Numbered from the whole stretch's first letter, positions 1 through 13,031 are shown. The stretch is DNA of 63,811 nucleotides, filler included, from Octopus bimaculoides (GCF_001194135.2; 6 parts of 6 records of this genome joined end to end with filler, not necessarily neighbours in it), one strand, 5' to 3'. Numbers and translations: made by a program. The notes: generated from the letters alone by a model not told the origin.

Positions 1-27
1 TATATATATATATATATATATATTACA

Positions 28-239
28 CAATGGGATCCTGAAAAGTTCCTGGCTTTGGGTAAAAGAAAATACAGGAGGATCAGTTAATTATGATTTTATT
101 CAACGTATTCCCCTATCAGATTCACACACTTATTGCAGTCAATCTTCAGTTTTTCTAAGCCTTGTAAAAAAACTCAGAAGGGTTCCAGCCAGGCCTTTTG
201 TGACACCCTTAAACCCTGGAACTTTTAAGTACCCCCTCA
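28..239. mobile_element. Mariner-type MITE (~210 bp)
   Basis: Imperfect TIRs: left CAATGGGATCCTGAAAAGTTCCTGGCTTT vs reverse complement of right end TGAGGGGGTACTTAAAAGTTCCAGGGTTT. TA follows the right end. No coding capacity. Confidence 0.65.
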
Positions 240-259
240 TATATATAAGTGTTGTCATA

Positions 260-960
260 TGGAAAACACTTGAGCTTTAAGAGGGTCAACAATTGATAAG
301 GAAAGAAGTATTTCCTGAACCTGAAAGGGAGAGCTAATATTTGGAATGTAGTTTTGACATTGGAAGAATGTTTCCAATGTCTGTTCATGGAAAACAGAAT
401 ATGTCTGACATGAGGTACTTATTTTGTTCCTTGATGCCAATTTTGTGCTCATGACAAAGGAATGGTATCATCAGCATAGGAACATCTACACTAGAATGCA
501 TTTGAAGCAACACTAAGAAAATGATTAGAAAATCAACCAAACCTTTGGATAAACTGGATTTAACAGAATGTAGGCTAGAGACAATTTCATTAATCCATAA
601 ATAGTCTGACAGGAAGTTTCTGTTTCAAAATAGGAAAGATATAACTTATATCATATAAGGAACCCACACAAGGATAAAATAACTGGCATGTTTTTTCATT
701 TGGCATCTTTGAAGATTTTGCTGATGGTAAGGACAACAATGATAAGTTTTCATGAGCTAAAGACATTTAGTGCATGATCTCTTCAATAGCAAGACGAGTG
801 GCTTGCTCTCCACCACACTTTAACCTTTCAGTACCTAGCATGGAACCATCGCCCCACCTCCCCATTTCAAATACCACTCTCCAGTTAGTTGAGTAGGCAG
901 CAAACAAATTGTTGTATATCTTGCTCTACAGAAGTTTTTCTGTTGATTATTGAAATAGAG

Positions 961-1008
<48 letters not shown>

Positions 1009-1350
1009 AAATGTAAGATGAGCCACATGTCGAATAACTACATGTGACTCAAGTATTTCAGAGAGTGACAGAGGCAGTGTATAAATTTAGAATTGTGAGA
1101 AAATAAAGAGTTTGAACCAGAATAACTAGAATTCTTTATTGCTGATAAGTGAAAGGGGAGTGTGGCAGACTGGGGGGATTCTCTACTTAGGCACCTACTT
1201 TTAAGGAAAAACTCGATTACACAGTGTAGCTTGGACATCAGGATTACTTAAAGATGAAAAGACCTGGTCTAAAAATGTTTCAACAAAATGAATTCTGCCA
1301 AAAGCACTCAAAGACCTGATGGTGGAGTTAAACTGGGTGATGAGTTAGGT
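260..1350 (-). mobile_element. Highly decayed LINE remnant (L2/CR1/Jockey-like), interrupted by (GA)n
   Basis: Minus strand gives an RT-like YADDT at ~464-478 in a plausible context. The rest is frameshifted and stop-ridden. Extent and clade are uncertain. Confidence 0.4.
963..1007. repeat. (GA)n microsatellite
   Basis: Pure GA run. Confidence 0.95.
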
Positions 1351-1364
1351 CTACTGTGAAAGAG

Positions 1365-1751
1365 TGGAGGCGCAATGGCCCAGTGGTTAGGGCAGCGGAC
1401 TCGCGGTCATAGGATTGCGGTTTCGATTCCCAGACCAGGCGTTGTGAGTGTCTATTGAGCGAAAACACCTAAAGCTCCACGAAGCTCCGGCAGGGGATGG
1501 TGGTGAACCCTGCTGTACTCTTCCACCACAACTTTCTCTCACTCTTACTTCCTGTTTCTGTTGTGCCTGTAATTCAAAGGATCAGCCTTGTCACACTGTG
1601 TCACGCTGAATATCCCTGAGAACTACGTTAAGGGTACACGTGTCTGTGGAGTGCTCAGCCACTTGCACGTTAATTTCACGAGCAGGCTGTTCCGTTGATC
1701 GGATCAACTGGAACCCTCGACGTCGTAAGCGACGGAGTGCCAACAACAACA
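1365..1751 (+). mobile_element. Full-length tRNA-derived SINE with (CAA)n tail (OR1/OR2-like octopus SINE)
   Basis: Head has A box TGGCCCAGTGG and B box GTTTCGATTCC. Tail is CAA. Perfect 12-bp TSD ACTGTGAAAGAG at 1353-1364 and 1752-1763. Head also seen at ~4190-4277 (-). 3' body also at ~40349-40505 (+) and ~41180-41350 (-). Family name is from memory. Confidence 0.9.
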
Positions 1752-2274
1752 ACTGTGAAAGAGGAGATACAGTCATTTTATGAATAATATCAATTCTTTC
1801 TAATTTTGGCACAAGGCCAGCTATTTGAGGTGAGTGGTAGTAAATCAATGACATTAATCCCAATCCTTAACTGAATGGATGAAAGGCAAAGTTAACCTTG
1901 ATGGTATTTGAATTTAGAACATTTTGTCCAATGCACAAATGATTCTGCCAGCTCACCACCTTGACTTCAATAATTAATATGAACACTGGTTCCATAGTCT
2001 TCTGAATAAAGTTAAGGGAGGATAATAAATATGGAAAGGAATTAATGCTGCCGAAAGAACTCAAAAGACAATAATAGAATTCCTTTGTCATTTCCAGTAG
2101 TAATGTCCATTAAAGTGTAGTTTGATGGAGCTGTAAAGTTTAACATTGACAATAAAAGAAGTAATAAAGTTTTAAGTACATATAGTTAGTCTTTTTCGCC
2201 TTTATGGCTGCTATTGTTGTTTAACCCAAGGTTAACACTGATCAAGCAAACTCATAAACAACAATCTACTAATA

Positions 2275-2480
2275 GTCTTTTCTACTCCATGTACAAAGTC
2301 CGAAATTTTGGGGGAGGGGGCCAGTCAATTAGATCGACCCCTGTACACAGCTGGTACTTAATTTATGGACCCTGAAAGGATGAAAGGCAAAGTCGACCTC
2401 AGCGGAATTTGAACTCAGAATGTAAAGACAGACGAAATACCACTAAGCATTTTGCCCGGCATGCTAATGCTTCTGCCAAC
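2275..2480 (-). mobile_element. tRNA-derived SINE family A
   Basis: Matches the 55329-55551 copy (GGATGAAAGGCAAAGTCGACCTC...GGAATTTGAACTCAGAA). A more degenerate copy lies at ~1800-1965. Confidence 0.85.
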
Positions 2481-3423
2481 AATCTACTAATAATGACTAT
2501 GCTATTACTTTGTACATATAGGATAGCTCTGTCCAATCTATTCATCCTATTTTTAAGCATAGAATATTTTTTAAGGAGATTTCACTGCTATATCTGATAC
2601 ATTGAGTAGCCACATAGAAACTCTGTCATTAGCTCATCTTTTCAGTTGGCAGTTGATATTGTTTAGCCTCAGCTCAAACATGATCAAGCAAACCAAGATT
2701 TTAATCCTTTCAATACCAACTTCCCCGAGACTGCTCCTAGTTCTATGATACACATTTCTAGTTTTAAAATAATCTAAGTTAGAACATCTCAATAAAAGAT
2801 GAAAGTAGTAACTATACTAAAAAGTAATGCTTATCACCACATCAATATAGCTTTACGATGTTACAACTGTTTTAATTCCAGGTTTCTATTGGTTGGGTGT
2901 TCATGACTGAAGATGGACACAAGTATTCTGAGTTTGCTCCCCTGCTTGCAATATATACAGGGTGCAAGATGTACTGGTAATCAACTGGGGAAGAACCTGC
3001 CTAGGGTTAAAACAGTAGTAATGTCAAACAGCCTTACTGATGTAGTGATAAACAATACTTCTTAAATTAGAACCTTCCATCAAAATTCCATGTTAATTCA
3101 TGTATCCAACACCAACTTAATGACAAAATTATTTTCCATAAATTTTTTCTTATTTTCAAAATTAATGGAAACACAGGCATTGTATTTCAGCAGAAATATG
3201 GTAACAAAGAAGTTAACCTAATTTCATAATTAACCAATGTTATTCAACTTTGATTATATTGCATATTTTGGACACTTATATTCTATTATACTGGAGTTAT
3301 CTTGTTTGTTTTTATATTTTAAATACCTCTAGAGGGAGTTTATGTTTGCTAATATAACAAATGTATTCTGATTCACTATATATCATATATATATATATAT
3401 ACACGTGTGTATGTATGTATGTA

Positions 3424-3466
<43 letters not shown>

Positions 3467-3489
3467 ATGCATATGTATATATATATATA

Positions 3490-3675
3490 TCATCATCATC
3501 ATCATGATCGTTTAACGTCCGCTTTCCATGCTAGCATGGGTTGGACGATTTGACTGAGGACTGGTGAAACCGGATGGCAACACCAGGCTCCAATCTAATT
3601 TGGCAGAGTTTCTACAGCTGGATGCCCTTCCTAACACCAACCACTCAGAGAGTGTAGTGGGTGCTTTTACATGTC
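3490..3675 (-). mobile_element. SINE/LINE-tail family with (GAT)n tail (family D)
   Basis: CGTTTAACGTCCGCTTTCCATGCTAGCATGGGTTGGACG...CTGGATGCCCTTCCTAAC. Same family at 8157-8273, 8468-8797 and 42645-42803 (+). Confidence 0.85.
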
Positions 3676-4599
3676 NNNNNNNNNNNNNNNNNNNNNNNNN
3701 NNNNNNNNNNNNNNNNNNNNNNNNNNNNNNNNNNNNNNNNNNNNNNNNNNNNNNNNNNNNNNNNNNNNNNNNNNNNNNNNNNNNNNNNNNNNNNNNNNNN
3801 NNNNNNNNNNNNNNNNNNNNNNNNNNNNNNNNNNNNNNNNNNNNNNNNNNNNNNNNNNNNNNNNNNNAAAACTAACTTCCTAGTTAACCTGCCTTTGATG
3901 TTGCTGCACCTCTTATGTGTCCATAGCTTGCACCGGGTACATCTTATAGAGTTACTACCTACTCCTTTACTGCATACTGAGCAGGGCCATATATATATAT
4001 ATATATATATATATAAGATGGGCTTCTTTCAGTTTTCATCTACCAAATCTACTCATAAAGCTTTAGTCAATCTGGGGCTATAGTTGGAGACACATGGCCA
4101 AGGTGCCACACAGTAGGAACACACACAAACATGCATGTACATAAAATATAAGTAATAAAAGTTATAATAATAATAATAATAATAATAATAAACACTCACA
4201 ACCCCCGGTCTGGGAATTGAAACCACAATCCTATGACCACGAGTCCACTGCCCTAACCACTGGGCCATTGTGCCTCCATAATAGCGTAAGTATGGAAGGT
4301 GTAAAAATGAAGATAAGCAAAACATGTGCAAAGAAAATGAAGTAAGTAATGAAACACAACAGTCTCAAACCCTATGAATGCATAATGATGATCAAAATAC
4401 ACTAAACCAGAACAACACAGACAAAGATATATACGGGAAGCAATGTACAGCAAATTTAAATACTTGAAACAATGGATTTGGAAACCATGTTTATGATATT
4501 TTAAAATTAAGTATGATCACAAAATTAAAAGCCATAAAAAAACCTTGTATGGACTACCAGCTGTACTGCCCCAAAATTAAACTTAATAATAAGATAGCA

Positions 4600-6500
4600 G
4601 AAACAATGAAAAAATATAAGTTTGGCTGTCATTGACTTAATTGTATCAGAAGTGAATATCAATATGACCAAGCTAAATAAAATATGTGGCAACCCCTGTG
4701 GTCACAAGGACAAATGGATGTCTCTTAAAATCCATTAAAACAAAAGTATCACACCATAAACAAAGGTATGGGAAACTAATATCCATTAAAAAAAAAAAGA
4801 GAGAAAATAAAAGAAAGGATCTGTCAATCCTTAATGAAATTAGTAACCAAACAACACTACTAAACAACAAGAAAGAAAGAAAACTATTATGGAAATATAA
4901 AGTAAGAAAACAGCATGTACCTGACACAAAAGAACATTCAAAGCAAGATATCCTTGCTAAATCACAAAGAATCCATCGGTTTGAAAAATGCAAACAATTC
5001 TTTGAACAAAATCAGTAGTTTAGCTACAACCCAAAATAATTCTACCAAGAACTTGATAAAAATAAAACAGAAATCAAGGCAGTACCAACAGCAGGAAAAA
5101 TGGAAGAGTTTTGGAAAGAAATATGGTTGGCAAAGGAACTACCCCAGAAAAAAAAAAATCAATTAAAACAACAAACACTGTATCTGAACAATTCTGGACA
5201 CCCTTAACAATGGAAGAGGTTACCCAAGTGCTACAGAAATTTAACTGGAAATTATTAGGGCATGACAAGATTTCCAATTTCTGGTTAAAATATTTAAATG
5301 GAATGCACAAGGCACTGGTAAAGCAATTCTATGACATGCTAATGGAGTCAGAGGCAATACCTGAATGGCCTACAGAAGGGAAAAACCATCCTAATTCCCA
5401 AATCTACTGAAACTACAAACCCACAAAACAACAGACCCTACAATCTACAAAGCTTTAACTACAATAATATCGCAGAGAATGAGTAGACATCTAAAAGAAA
5501 GAATCTGTTTTCAGAAGAGCAGAAGAGATACTACAAAGACTCATATAGTTGTAAAGACCAGTTATTGATCAACAAATCCATAACTGAAGACTGCTGAAAG
5601 AAAAAGAAGGGTTTAAGCATAGCTTGGATCGATTAACGGAAGGCTTTTGACAATATTCCCCACACATGGATCCTAGAGACATTAACCATGAACAAAGAAG
5701 CACCATCAAAAATAAGATAGACAAAGCATGTCATGAATAAATGGCAAACAGTTCTGCAGCCACAGGCAAATGAGGAAATTATAAAAATTAAAACCATCTC
5801 CATTAGAAGAAGTATATTCAAAGAAGATTCGTTCTCCCTGTTCCTTTTCTGTCTGGCACTGATGCCTTTGACAGAAATAATTGTGGATGCAACTGCTATG
5901 GCAAAACAATCAATCATCTCATGTATATGGATGATCTAAAGATGTATGCTGCATATGATTGACAACTGGAAACATTACTACAGAAAGTGCATGAATTTAC
6001 CAAACAAATAAATATAAAAGTCGACAGAAAAATGTACCAAAGCAACCCTGAAAAAAAAAAAAATGGAAAATTAGTTAAGAAAAACAACATCACACTAAGT
6101 AAAAACATGAAATAAGATAACTAGACCAAAGCCAGGAAAAGAAAAAAACTTTGTATAACACACACACAACTAGAAAGAAAAACTAAGGGGAAAATATTCT
6201 AGACAAGTTAGATTAGTACTTAAAATAGAGCATAATGTGAAAAATAAAGTAGTAGTTTCCAATACTCTGGCTGTCTCAGTTATAAGTTATGGTTATAAGT
6301 ACAATATTCAGTTATATAAGTACAATATAAGTACAATATACAGTTATAAGTTATAAGTACAATATTCTTAATTTGACATGAAATGAACTAGCCTAACTAG
6401 ATGGGAAAATAAGAAAAATAATGATGGAATTTAGAATACATCACCTAAAATCTGACATAGTAAGGTTATATGTACAATGAATTGAAAGTGAAAGTTACCA
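4600..6500 (+). mobile_element. Decayed R4/Dong-like (RLE-type) non-LTR retrotransposon, RT region
   Basis: Broken-frame motifs: GHDKISNFWLKYL, PEWPTEG, SCKDQLLINKSITEDC, LSIAWID*RKAFDNIPHTWILETL, IRRSIFKEDSFSLFLFCLAL, HLMYMDDLKMY (YMDD at 5924-5935), HHLKSDIVRLY. Many stops and frameshifts. Confidence 0.85.
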
Positions 6501-6504
6501 ATAG

Positions 6505-7560
6505 TAGTCCCCACTCGGAAGGTCCTCTGGAACAGACTAATCAGTTCGTTTTCGTCGATGCCCAAAACTCCTCCAAAAAACATTGCTATTGCTCCTAATC
6601 CCTAATCCTACTGGTAGAAGCAGTGAGCATTTGATAACTATTTGGGATTGTACACATTACAGCTTCCCTCACCAGATTACCAACGACAAGTACCAACGTT
6701 TTTGCTAACACTTTGATCAAAATCTCAAAATTTGTGTCCAGCAGAGTTATGGACTGAAAGTTGTCTGTGTTACTTCTTTTGTTGGCGTCCTTTCTTAGCT
6801 GTGTTAACATTCACTGGCTCACAGCAGTAGGAAGTTTCCAGTTGCCATAGTAGTCTGCTAAAAGATCACTAAATAAGTCTGGCATGAATTAGTAAAATCA
6901 TTAGGAAGACCATCTTAAACCAAACAATTTGCATCTTGTACAACCAGCCACAATAACTGTCTCCAATCAACCATCCATCCTCAACAGTTGAGTGAATTAC
7001 TATTGAAAAGCCACACCCAACTGCTTGGAATTGAAAAGCAGGTTTCATCTCAATCAAAGCTTGTGGCTCTGTTGTCATATCATTTTCCGCCACTCAGACC
7101 CAATGGACTACTTTTGTTCTTTCGTGTTTTAGCTCACAGACCTTAACTCTGGCAACACAACCTCTGTATTTTACGTTGAAGAAATAGTCATGGTCAGTCT
7201 TGACATTAATATGTCTGTCCTAATGTCTTTACCAATTACTTCTTCTAGATAGCTAGGCAGCCCTCCCTCCATACTCCAACCAATTTCAGTCTGTTGCTGA
7301 ATGAATGCTATGCCCTGCCAAAGGGTAGTCTGTAACTATGCAAGGCATGGTCATCACTCTGTGAGGTATTTTCAAAATACCCCATTGTCATTGAAAATGG
7401 GCACTATTGCTACTGTTCTAGAGATCCTTGTCTTGCTGATGGCTACTACATCTATGTCTAGTGACCTGAATCACTTTGGTTCCAAGCTAACCTCAGGTCC
7501 ATGTACATTTATGCATTTCCACTCTCAGTACAGCCATATTTGTCACAGAAACAAAATTGG
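6505..7560 (-). mobile_element. Decayed Tx1/L1-clade LINE ORF2 (APE endonuclease to RT start)
   Basis: INVHG...SLDIDVVAISKTRIS resembles the APE N-terminus. NFQSITLLDTNFEILIKVLAKTLVLVVGNLV and NELISLFQRTFRV resemble RT domains 1-3. Abuts the R4/Dong fossil tail-to-tail near 6500. Confidence 0.75.
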
Positions 7561-8467
7561 AAGTTTACTCAGCCTAGAGAAAGCTGTGTCATCAGTCCTC
7601 TTCACTGGTTGAAAAAAAAGGTCAAATTGACATTCTAAGATGTGTTTGATGTCTTTCTAAAAAAGCCCAATATCAAAAGTTTTATTTTGCTTTAAGTGTC
7701 TAAGTTTGCAAATCAACTGATTTGCAAACTTTAGGATTCTGTCAGCTGAGGTTTTGGAGATGAACTTCAGAAAACATCTCCTACTAGAACGAACACTTTT
7801 ATTGTTGACCATCCCTTCTCCCAATTCAATGTTGCTCTTCCAATCAACAGTGAAACTGATATAGGAGGACTGATCTGATGAGTTTTGTTGTTGCTCAGCT
7901 TGTAGTCAAGTTGTTGTCTTCTCTTTCTTGTGTAACTGGTTATTCTTTAGATGTTCGCTGCAGTTGTTATTGTTGTTGACGTTGCAATGATGGTATGGAT
8001 GTGTTGTGAATATGAGGAATGTCATGCGATCTTTGGATTCTACTGGCTTTCAGTTTTGGCTGGCTATTTTCTGCATGTGCAGTTGTGTTTGAGTTTGCCT
8101 TTGGGGAAGAAGTCATTGCTAGGTAGATGTTGGGAGGTTTTGTTTCTGTCACTTTTGTTAGAAACTCTGCCAAATCAGATTGGAGCCTGGTGTAACCACC
8201 TGGTTCACCAGTCCTCAGTCAAATCGTCCAACCCATGCTAGCATGGAAAGCGGACATTAAACGATGATGATGATGTTATTGTTGATGTTGCTGTTACATC
8301 TGTTGTAGTAATTTTAGTAGTTTCTTTACTAGTCAGTAGAGCTCAAAGAGCTACAAGTATTGCAAAAGACATTAAACAGGACTTACAAAGATGTGTGGAT
8401 TTGAGAGAGAGAGAAAAAGAAGGGGGCAGGGATGAAAGATGTTATAAAATATAGAATATATCACCTT

Positions 8468-8797
8468 TCTGGCACTTGTGCCGGTGGCATGTGTAAAGAC
8501 ATTCGAGCGAGATCGTTGCCAGTGCCGCTGGACTGGCTCTTGTGCGGGTGGCATGTAAAATACACCATTTTGAGCATGGCCGTTGCCAGTACCGCCTGAC
8601 TGGCCTTCGTGTCGGTGTAACGTAAAAGCACCCATTACACTCTCTGAGTGGTTGGCGTTAGGAAGGGCATCCAGCTGTAGAAACTCTGCCAAATCAGATT
8701 GGAGCCTGGTGTAGCCATCTGGTTTCACCAGTCCTCAGTCAAATCGTCCAACCCATGCTAGCATGGAAAGCGGACGTTAAACGATGATGATGATGGT
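8468..8797 (+). mobile_element. Family D SINE, long well-preserved copy
   Basis: Ends ...GGACGTTAAACGATGATGATGATG. Shares its 3' part with 8157-8273 and 3490-3675. Confidence 0.85.
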
Positions 8798-8852
8798 GAT
8801 ATATATATNNNNNNNNNNNNNNNNNNNNNNNNNNNNNNNNNNNNNNNNNNNN

Positions 8853-8864
8853 TTAATTAATTAA
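8853..8864. other. Assembly join marker TTAATTAATTAA inside a 100-bp gap
   Basis: 44 N + 12-mer + 44 N. The same marker occurs at 31980-31991, 38797-38808, 59787-59798 and 62139-62150. It has stops in all six frames. Confidence 0.9.
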
Positions 8865-9115
8865 NNNNNNNNNNNNNNNNNNNNNNNNNNNNNNNNNNNN
8901 NNNNNNNNAAAGAGTTCCAACACTGTCTGTTTTTTATGTTTTATTTATATTCCTGCAGAACTAATGTGGGGTATAGAATATGGAATATACAATATATAAT
9001 ATGATATACAATATACAATATAAAATAAAATAAAATAAAAATGGATGGCACCATGAAAGAAAGTATTGAATGTAGATGAAATATTGAGTGTTCAATATAA
9101 AGGATCAAATATATA

Positions 9116-9149
<34 letters not shown>

Positions 9150-9876
9150 TAAAGGCGACTCGAGTTTCAGGGCTATTTCTCTTCGTCATGGCCGGTATGA
9201 CAGACTTTAACAGACTGTCTGTATATGCACACACACACATACACAAAAAATTTTAAAAGATATTTTCGCACAGTGACAACAGAAGGGAAGGTGATGTAAT
9301 ATTTGCCGGGTAATAGGTTGAATTATGCTTAACAAAACAGCGCAGTAAGCAGATACAACGGTCCTAACACATACTAATATCGTACACTAAAGCTCTTCAG
9401 GAAACGTTGTAAGGAAACAAAAAGAACGAAACCAAATATAGCGTCAGGTGTGAAGTCAGAAATAGCTACAGCCAGTCTAATCCAATCAGTTTCCCCCTGC
9501 AGCTTTGGAATGAGGAGGCTAACCCATTATTTTCACTTGTTGTGAACTTTGAATGAACCTAACTTCCACATCACTCTTCTTTCACTTCACTAGATTCTCT
9601 GGGTAAAAGAGAAGTCAGAAATGACAATAAAAAATACTGGAGCCGTCTGTCAAGGATTTGTACGCACGCACGCACGCACACGCACACACACACACACACA
9701 CACATGCGTGAGGGTCTGTGTGTATGCATGTGCATGTGTGTATATATGTGTGTGCCTGCGCGCTTGTACGTGTGTATATATAAGTAAGTATATATATATA
9801 TATATATATATATCACAAATACATATACATATATATTTATGTAAATATATACATTTATATATACATGTGTGTGTAC

Positions 9877-9909
<33 letters not shown>

Positions 9910-10767
9910 NNNNNNNNNNNNNNNNNNNNNNNNNNNNNNNNNNNNNNNNNNNNNNNNNNNNNNNNNNNNNNNNNNNNNNNNNNNNNNNNNNNNNNNNNNN
10001 NNNNNNNNNNNNNNNNNNNNNNNNNNNNNNNNNNNNNNNNNNNNNNNNNNNNNNNNNNNNNNNNNNNNNNNNNNNNNNNNNNNNNNNNNNNNNNNNNNNN
10101 NNNNNNNNNNNNNNNNNNNNNNNNNNNNNNNNNNNNNNNNNNNNNNNNNNNNNNNNNNNNNNNNNNNNNNNNNNNNNNNNNNNNNNNNNNNNNNNNNNNN
10201 NNNNNNNNNNNNNNNNNNNNNNNNNNNNNNNNTATATATATATATATGTATATGTATGTATCTGAATATGTATATATGACATTTAAGGAAACCAATTGGC
10301 TTGAAGTGGCTAATAAATAAATGAATAAGTGTTTTCAGATATTGATTCCTATTTAAATGTATACCTTTAGGCTGAAGTAGAAGTCTCTACTCCTTCCACA
10401 CTCAATGGATTTTTGTGAGGTCGTTTTCTCCTCTCTTTCGCTTCCCCCTCTCTCTATCTCCATTTCTCTCTCTGTCTACTTGTTTCTTATTTTGTTGACC
10501 ACAACCAGAGGAAAAAGAAAAGCAAACTGACTTTAACCAGAATCACACAAAAAGTATTTCATATTCAATGCTCTGCCAGTCCTACATTTGAATGAATCTA
10601 ATGCCAACAGATGTAACAACCTTCCATAAGCCACCAAGAAAAAACCTCTATGCAGTCGCTCAGTTTGCAAGAAAGAGGAGCCAAATTACCTCAAATCATA
10701 CCGTCTATAATAGAGAAAGATATTATTATGTCTCAAGCTACTGCTATCTAGCACCTTCGGATGATCT

Positions 10768-10842
10768 CTACTCAACCGCTACACAACTGCTACTCGACTG
10801 CTACTCAACTGCTACACGACTGCTACTCCACTGCTGCTCAAC
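10768..10842 (+). repeat. 11-bp minisatellite CTAC(T/A)C(A/G)ACTG, ~6.8 copies
   Basis: ctactcaaccg ctacacaactg ctactcgactg ctactcaactg ctacacgactg ctactccactg ctgctcaac. Confidence 0.9.
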
Positions 10843-11239
10843 ACCCCTACCACAGCCAGACTACCTCTATTTATATGTCTTGGGAGATCTTACTTCTTCG
10901 CCTGGGGCCGTCGACACAACAGATACTAAAGACATTGTATTTCTAAATTAGTATACAAGAAAAAAGAAAATTGAAAATAGAAGAGACAGAGTCGTCTTGG
11001 CTGGAATGCTCTTAATCTTTTTCCTTCTCCACGAATTACGGTTCTAATTTCTTTCCACACACTCTTTACACATCTTGGATAAATTCTTTTCTACAATCGT
11101 ACAGAAAACCAATCATATATTTTGGGCTCTGCGTGTATGTATGCATTTATGCATGTATGTCTATATGTATATATGCGTGTGCAAGCATGTCTATATATGC
11201 ATGTGTGTGTCTATATGTATGTGTGTCCTAAGTTTGTAT

Positions 11240-11470
11240 ATGTTTGTAAGTGTGCCTGTTTGTCCCCCCTAACATCGCTTGACAATCGATGCTGGTGTGT
11301 TTACGTCCCCGTAACTTAGCGTTTCGGCAAAAGAGACCGATGGAATAAGTACTAGCCTTACAAAGAATAAGTCCTGGGGTCGATTTGCTCGACTAAATGC
11401 GGTGCTCCAGCATGGCCACAGTCAAATGACTGAAACAACTAAAAGAGTAAAAGAAAGTAAAAAGAGTATA
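11240..11470 (+). mobile_element. SINE family B, 3' half
   Basis: GTTTGTCCCCCTAACATCGCTTGACAA...GTAACTTAGCG...AATAAGTCCTGGGGTCGAT...GGTGCTCCAGCATGGCC...GACTGAAACAA with an AAAAGAGT tail. Confidence 0.9.
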
Positions 11471-11534
11471 CATAAAGATACATATATATATGTGTGTGTA
11501 TGTACGTATGTATGTATTTTTGTATGTATGCATG

Positions 11535-12290
11535 TATTACATTTGGCCTCGCAATGAGCTTAAAGAAGACAAAAGTAATGTTCACTCATACACCAGGTAA
11601 ACCCTTTCTTGGCACAAAATTCGTGGCTCTGGACATAATGCGATGGCAAAAGTATATAAGTGACGTTGAAGTCTTCGAATGTAGTCGGTCTGCCTGTACA
11701 AAGTCTCTAATACTTCGGCATCGATTACGGTGGAATGGTCATGTGGTCAGGATGGAAGATAATCAGATCTGAAAGCAATTTCCATAATGGTGAGTTAGCC
11801 TAGGGTAAGAGACCATCGCACAAACTGAAAGTAGAGTACAAGGACTGCATCATGAATACATTGAAGAAGGTAAGAATTTTAGAAAACGGTTGAGAAAACG
11901 TCGTTCTAAATCATTTATCGTGGAGGAAAGCAGTGCATGATGGGAGGAGGAAATTCGAACGAAATCGTATCATGAAAAGCTCAAGAGATATGTTTGAATA
12001 TGCCTGAGTATGCTGGCTCACAACCCATTTCAATAGGTAACGAGTATAGCCGTGTCTGTTTAAGTGAAAATGGCCTTAGAAATATCTTAGAAGCAACAGA
12101 CATGGGGAAGTTGCTATAGTTAACAACTTCCATTTGTCTGTTGTTCCTAAGGCAGATTGAAACGTCATATGAAGGTTCCCTAAAACAATATTGTAACACC
12201 TACTGCAGAGGCGCCCGCCACGTCTATACAAAACAAAAGTCCTTAGCAGGGCTGAAAAGTCACATCCGTACTGCTCATGATGAAGAGAAA
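11535..12290 (+). mobile_element. Decayed RTE-clade LINE, 3' part of ORF
   Basis: FGLAMSLKKTKVM, RHRLRWNGHVVRMEDNQI, WRKAVHDG, and terminal KSLAGLKSHIRTAH (RTE C-terminal zinc-finger-like remnant). Confidence 0.85.
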
Positions 12291-12354
12291 AATCAAGCAA
12301 TGGCATTACTCGAAATTGAATTGCAGCCAAAATGTGTAGGTATGTATGCATGTT

Positions 12355-12397
<43 letters not shown>

Positions 12398-12401
12398 ATT
12401 T

Positions 12402-12440
<39 letters not shown>

Positions 12441-12479
12441 TGTAAGACACGTTGGATAATGTCCTGGGCTCCTTGCACA

Positions 12480-12790
12480 TAAAATGATAGAGCAATCAGT
12501 CCCGGAATGTCCTTGATCGTGAGTCTGCTTGAACAGGGTTAAGGTGGAACTAAACAACAACAGCAACAAAAGCACTGAATTTCTATGTGGTCGTTTGATC
12601 CGCTAAGAAGGAAATGAAATTTAACCTTCCTGAAATCACACTCGATCGTCTTGAAAATGGACATGAGATATAGCGTATTCCGGGTTTCCTACACATAGGA
12701 AAAAGACGGGATTGTCCCGATTGAAATTCCTTTGATCATAGGCCCACTTGAACAGAGCATACCTGAAACTAAACAGAAGCAGCAACAACA
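12480..12790 (-). mobile_element. Unclassified dispersed repeat family C
   Basis: Shared core GATTTGAGGGAGATTTGGCTGCTATTTCTAGCAGG, seen in degenerate form at ~2550-2750, ~15860-16045, ~18430-18610, ~27800-27935, ~32220-32270, ~50300-50490 and ~52790-52860. Confidence 0.55.
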
Positions 12791-12958
12791 ACAGTGACCA
12801 ATAGCAACTCTCCTGTTTTCATTCTTAATCTCTCTTCCTTGCTTATATGTACTGTTTTGAGGTATCTGTTGCGGAGTTACATATCTTAGCGTTGTTGAAT
12901 TAGCTCACCGAACTGTATTCAACAGAAGAATGTTGTGATATTTCTGGAAATATTACAA

Positions 12959-13031
<73 letters not shown>
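12959..13031. repeat. (TAA)n microsatellite
   Basis: Pure TAA run. Confidence 0.95.

Noticed and set aside
1365-1440. tRNA genes at tRNA-like sequences
   Set aside because: The A/B boxes continue into SINE bodies with tails and TSDs, and no intact cloverleaf is evident.
8853-8864. Recurring TTAATTAATTAA palindrome (5 copies) as a biological motif
   Set aside because: It is always centred in 44 N + 12 + 44 N, so it is an artificial scaffold spacer. Adjacency across these joins is not guaranteed.
9621-10320. Long ORFs in the track (also 32587-33509, 35736-36552, 43301-43891, 44261-45541, 47482-48380)
   Set aside because: They are open only because they run through N gaps and dinucleotide repeats.
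10592-10951. 119-aa ORF as a gene
   Set aside because: It is inflated by the 11-bp minisatellite and shows no recognisable domain or splice context.
12200-12285. Host C2H2 zinc-finger gene (SLAGLKSHIRTAH)
   Set aside because: It lies at the C-terminus of an RTE LINE fossil, where such fingers are usual, and it is disrupted.
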